Below, piece after piece: positions 34,354 to 34,670 of a stretch of 34,670 nucleotides of DNA. The notes beneath the pieces were generated by a model that was given only the letters and a program-made list of their open reading frames with translations, was not told the origin of the DNA and searched no databases. Position numbers and translations under genes: made by a program. The DNA is taken from assembly GCA_032718475.1 (NCBI GenBank), contig JAUCBJ010002126.1:1-34670 (forward strand), in the 5' to 3' direction. How positions within the stretch are numbered: the stretch's first letter is position 1; every line of letters begins with the position of its first letter. This DNA comes from Nemertoderma westbladi (lineage: Eukaryota > Animalia > Xenacoelomorpha).

Positions 34354-34670
34354 ATGGGGAAGAAAAGACTTAGTCGTGAGTTGTACGATTTCCTTCTATC
34401 CTACAAACTCGATTGTTTAGATAAAATCCCTGATAATTCTACGCTGGCCGAAGTGGGGTTGTTACCCAACAAAGCTAGTTCCTTCAATAGCAAAAAACGT
34501 TTCAAAGCGTGGGCCGCTTTATTGACAACCAACGTCGATAATTCCTACAACGGCGATGTCCAGGACGAACTTCTTCTTTACAAAGGTAAAGTTATAATAG
34601 CTGACGAGGAAGTCGAAGAAACAGTAATTAAATTTCATCAGAATACGGCCGTAAATGCTGATGAGGTGGC
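34354..34670 (+). CDS. 5' part of an ORF running off the right edge; possible integrase/Ginger-type transposase N-terminus
   Basis: ATG 34354, 105 stop-free codons MGKKRLSRELYDFLLSYK...LLLYKGKVIIADEEVEETVIKFH; the last motif resembles the lead-in to integrase H2C2 zinc domains. Not in the ORF track. Confidence 0.5.
   Translation, partial: MGKKRLSRELYDFLLSYKLDCLDKIPDNSTLAEVGLLPNKASSFNSKKRFKAWAALLTTNVDNSYNGDVQDELLLYKGKVIIADEEVEETVIKFHQNTAVNADEV

Overview
Animal-type, AT-rich genomic window made mostly of nested transposable elements, with one clear host gene (intronless POLE4-like histone-fold protein, 31713-32060). Left to right: (1) the 5' end of a minus-strand LTR retrotransposon with an uninterrupted >=812-codon ORF missing from the ORF track; (2) a pile-up of DNA-transposon ends and a 1.7-kb TIR element with a 5-bp TSD; (3) a decayed 5'-truncated LINE; (4) a full-span but pseudogenised BEL/Pao element (15201-27823, TSD ATGCT) whose 5' LTR carries a 1577-bp Chapaev-like foldback insertion (TSD ACAG) and whose 3' end is tandemly duplicated (1126 bp); (5) an older minus-strand BEL/Pao element (integrase 30410-31078) into whose long 3' region element 4 appears to have inserted. 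The most unusual signal is in that 3' region: two diverged copies of a ~350-400 nt non-coding unit with conserved, mutually complementary blocks and at least one compensatory change, each sitting directly upstream of a different decayed accessory ORF. This is a candidate structured-RNA (IRES-like or splice) cassette system. All calls were made by eye; no searches or folding were run.
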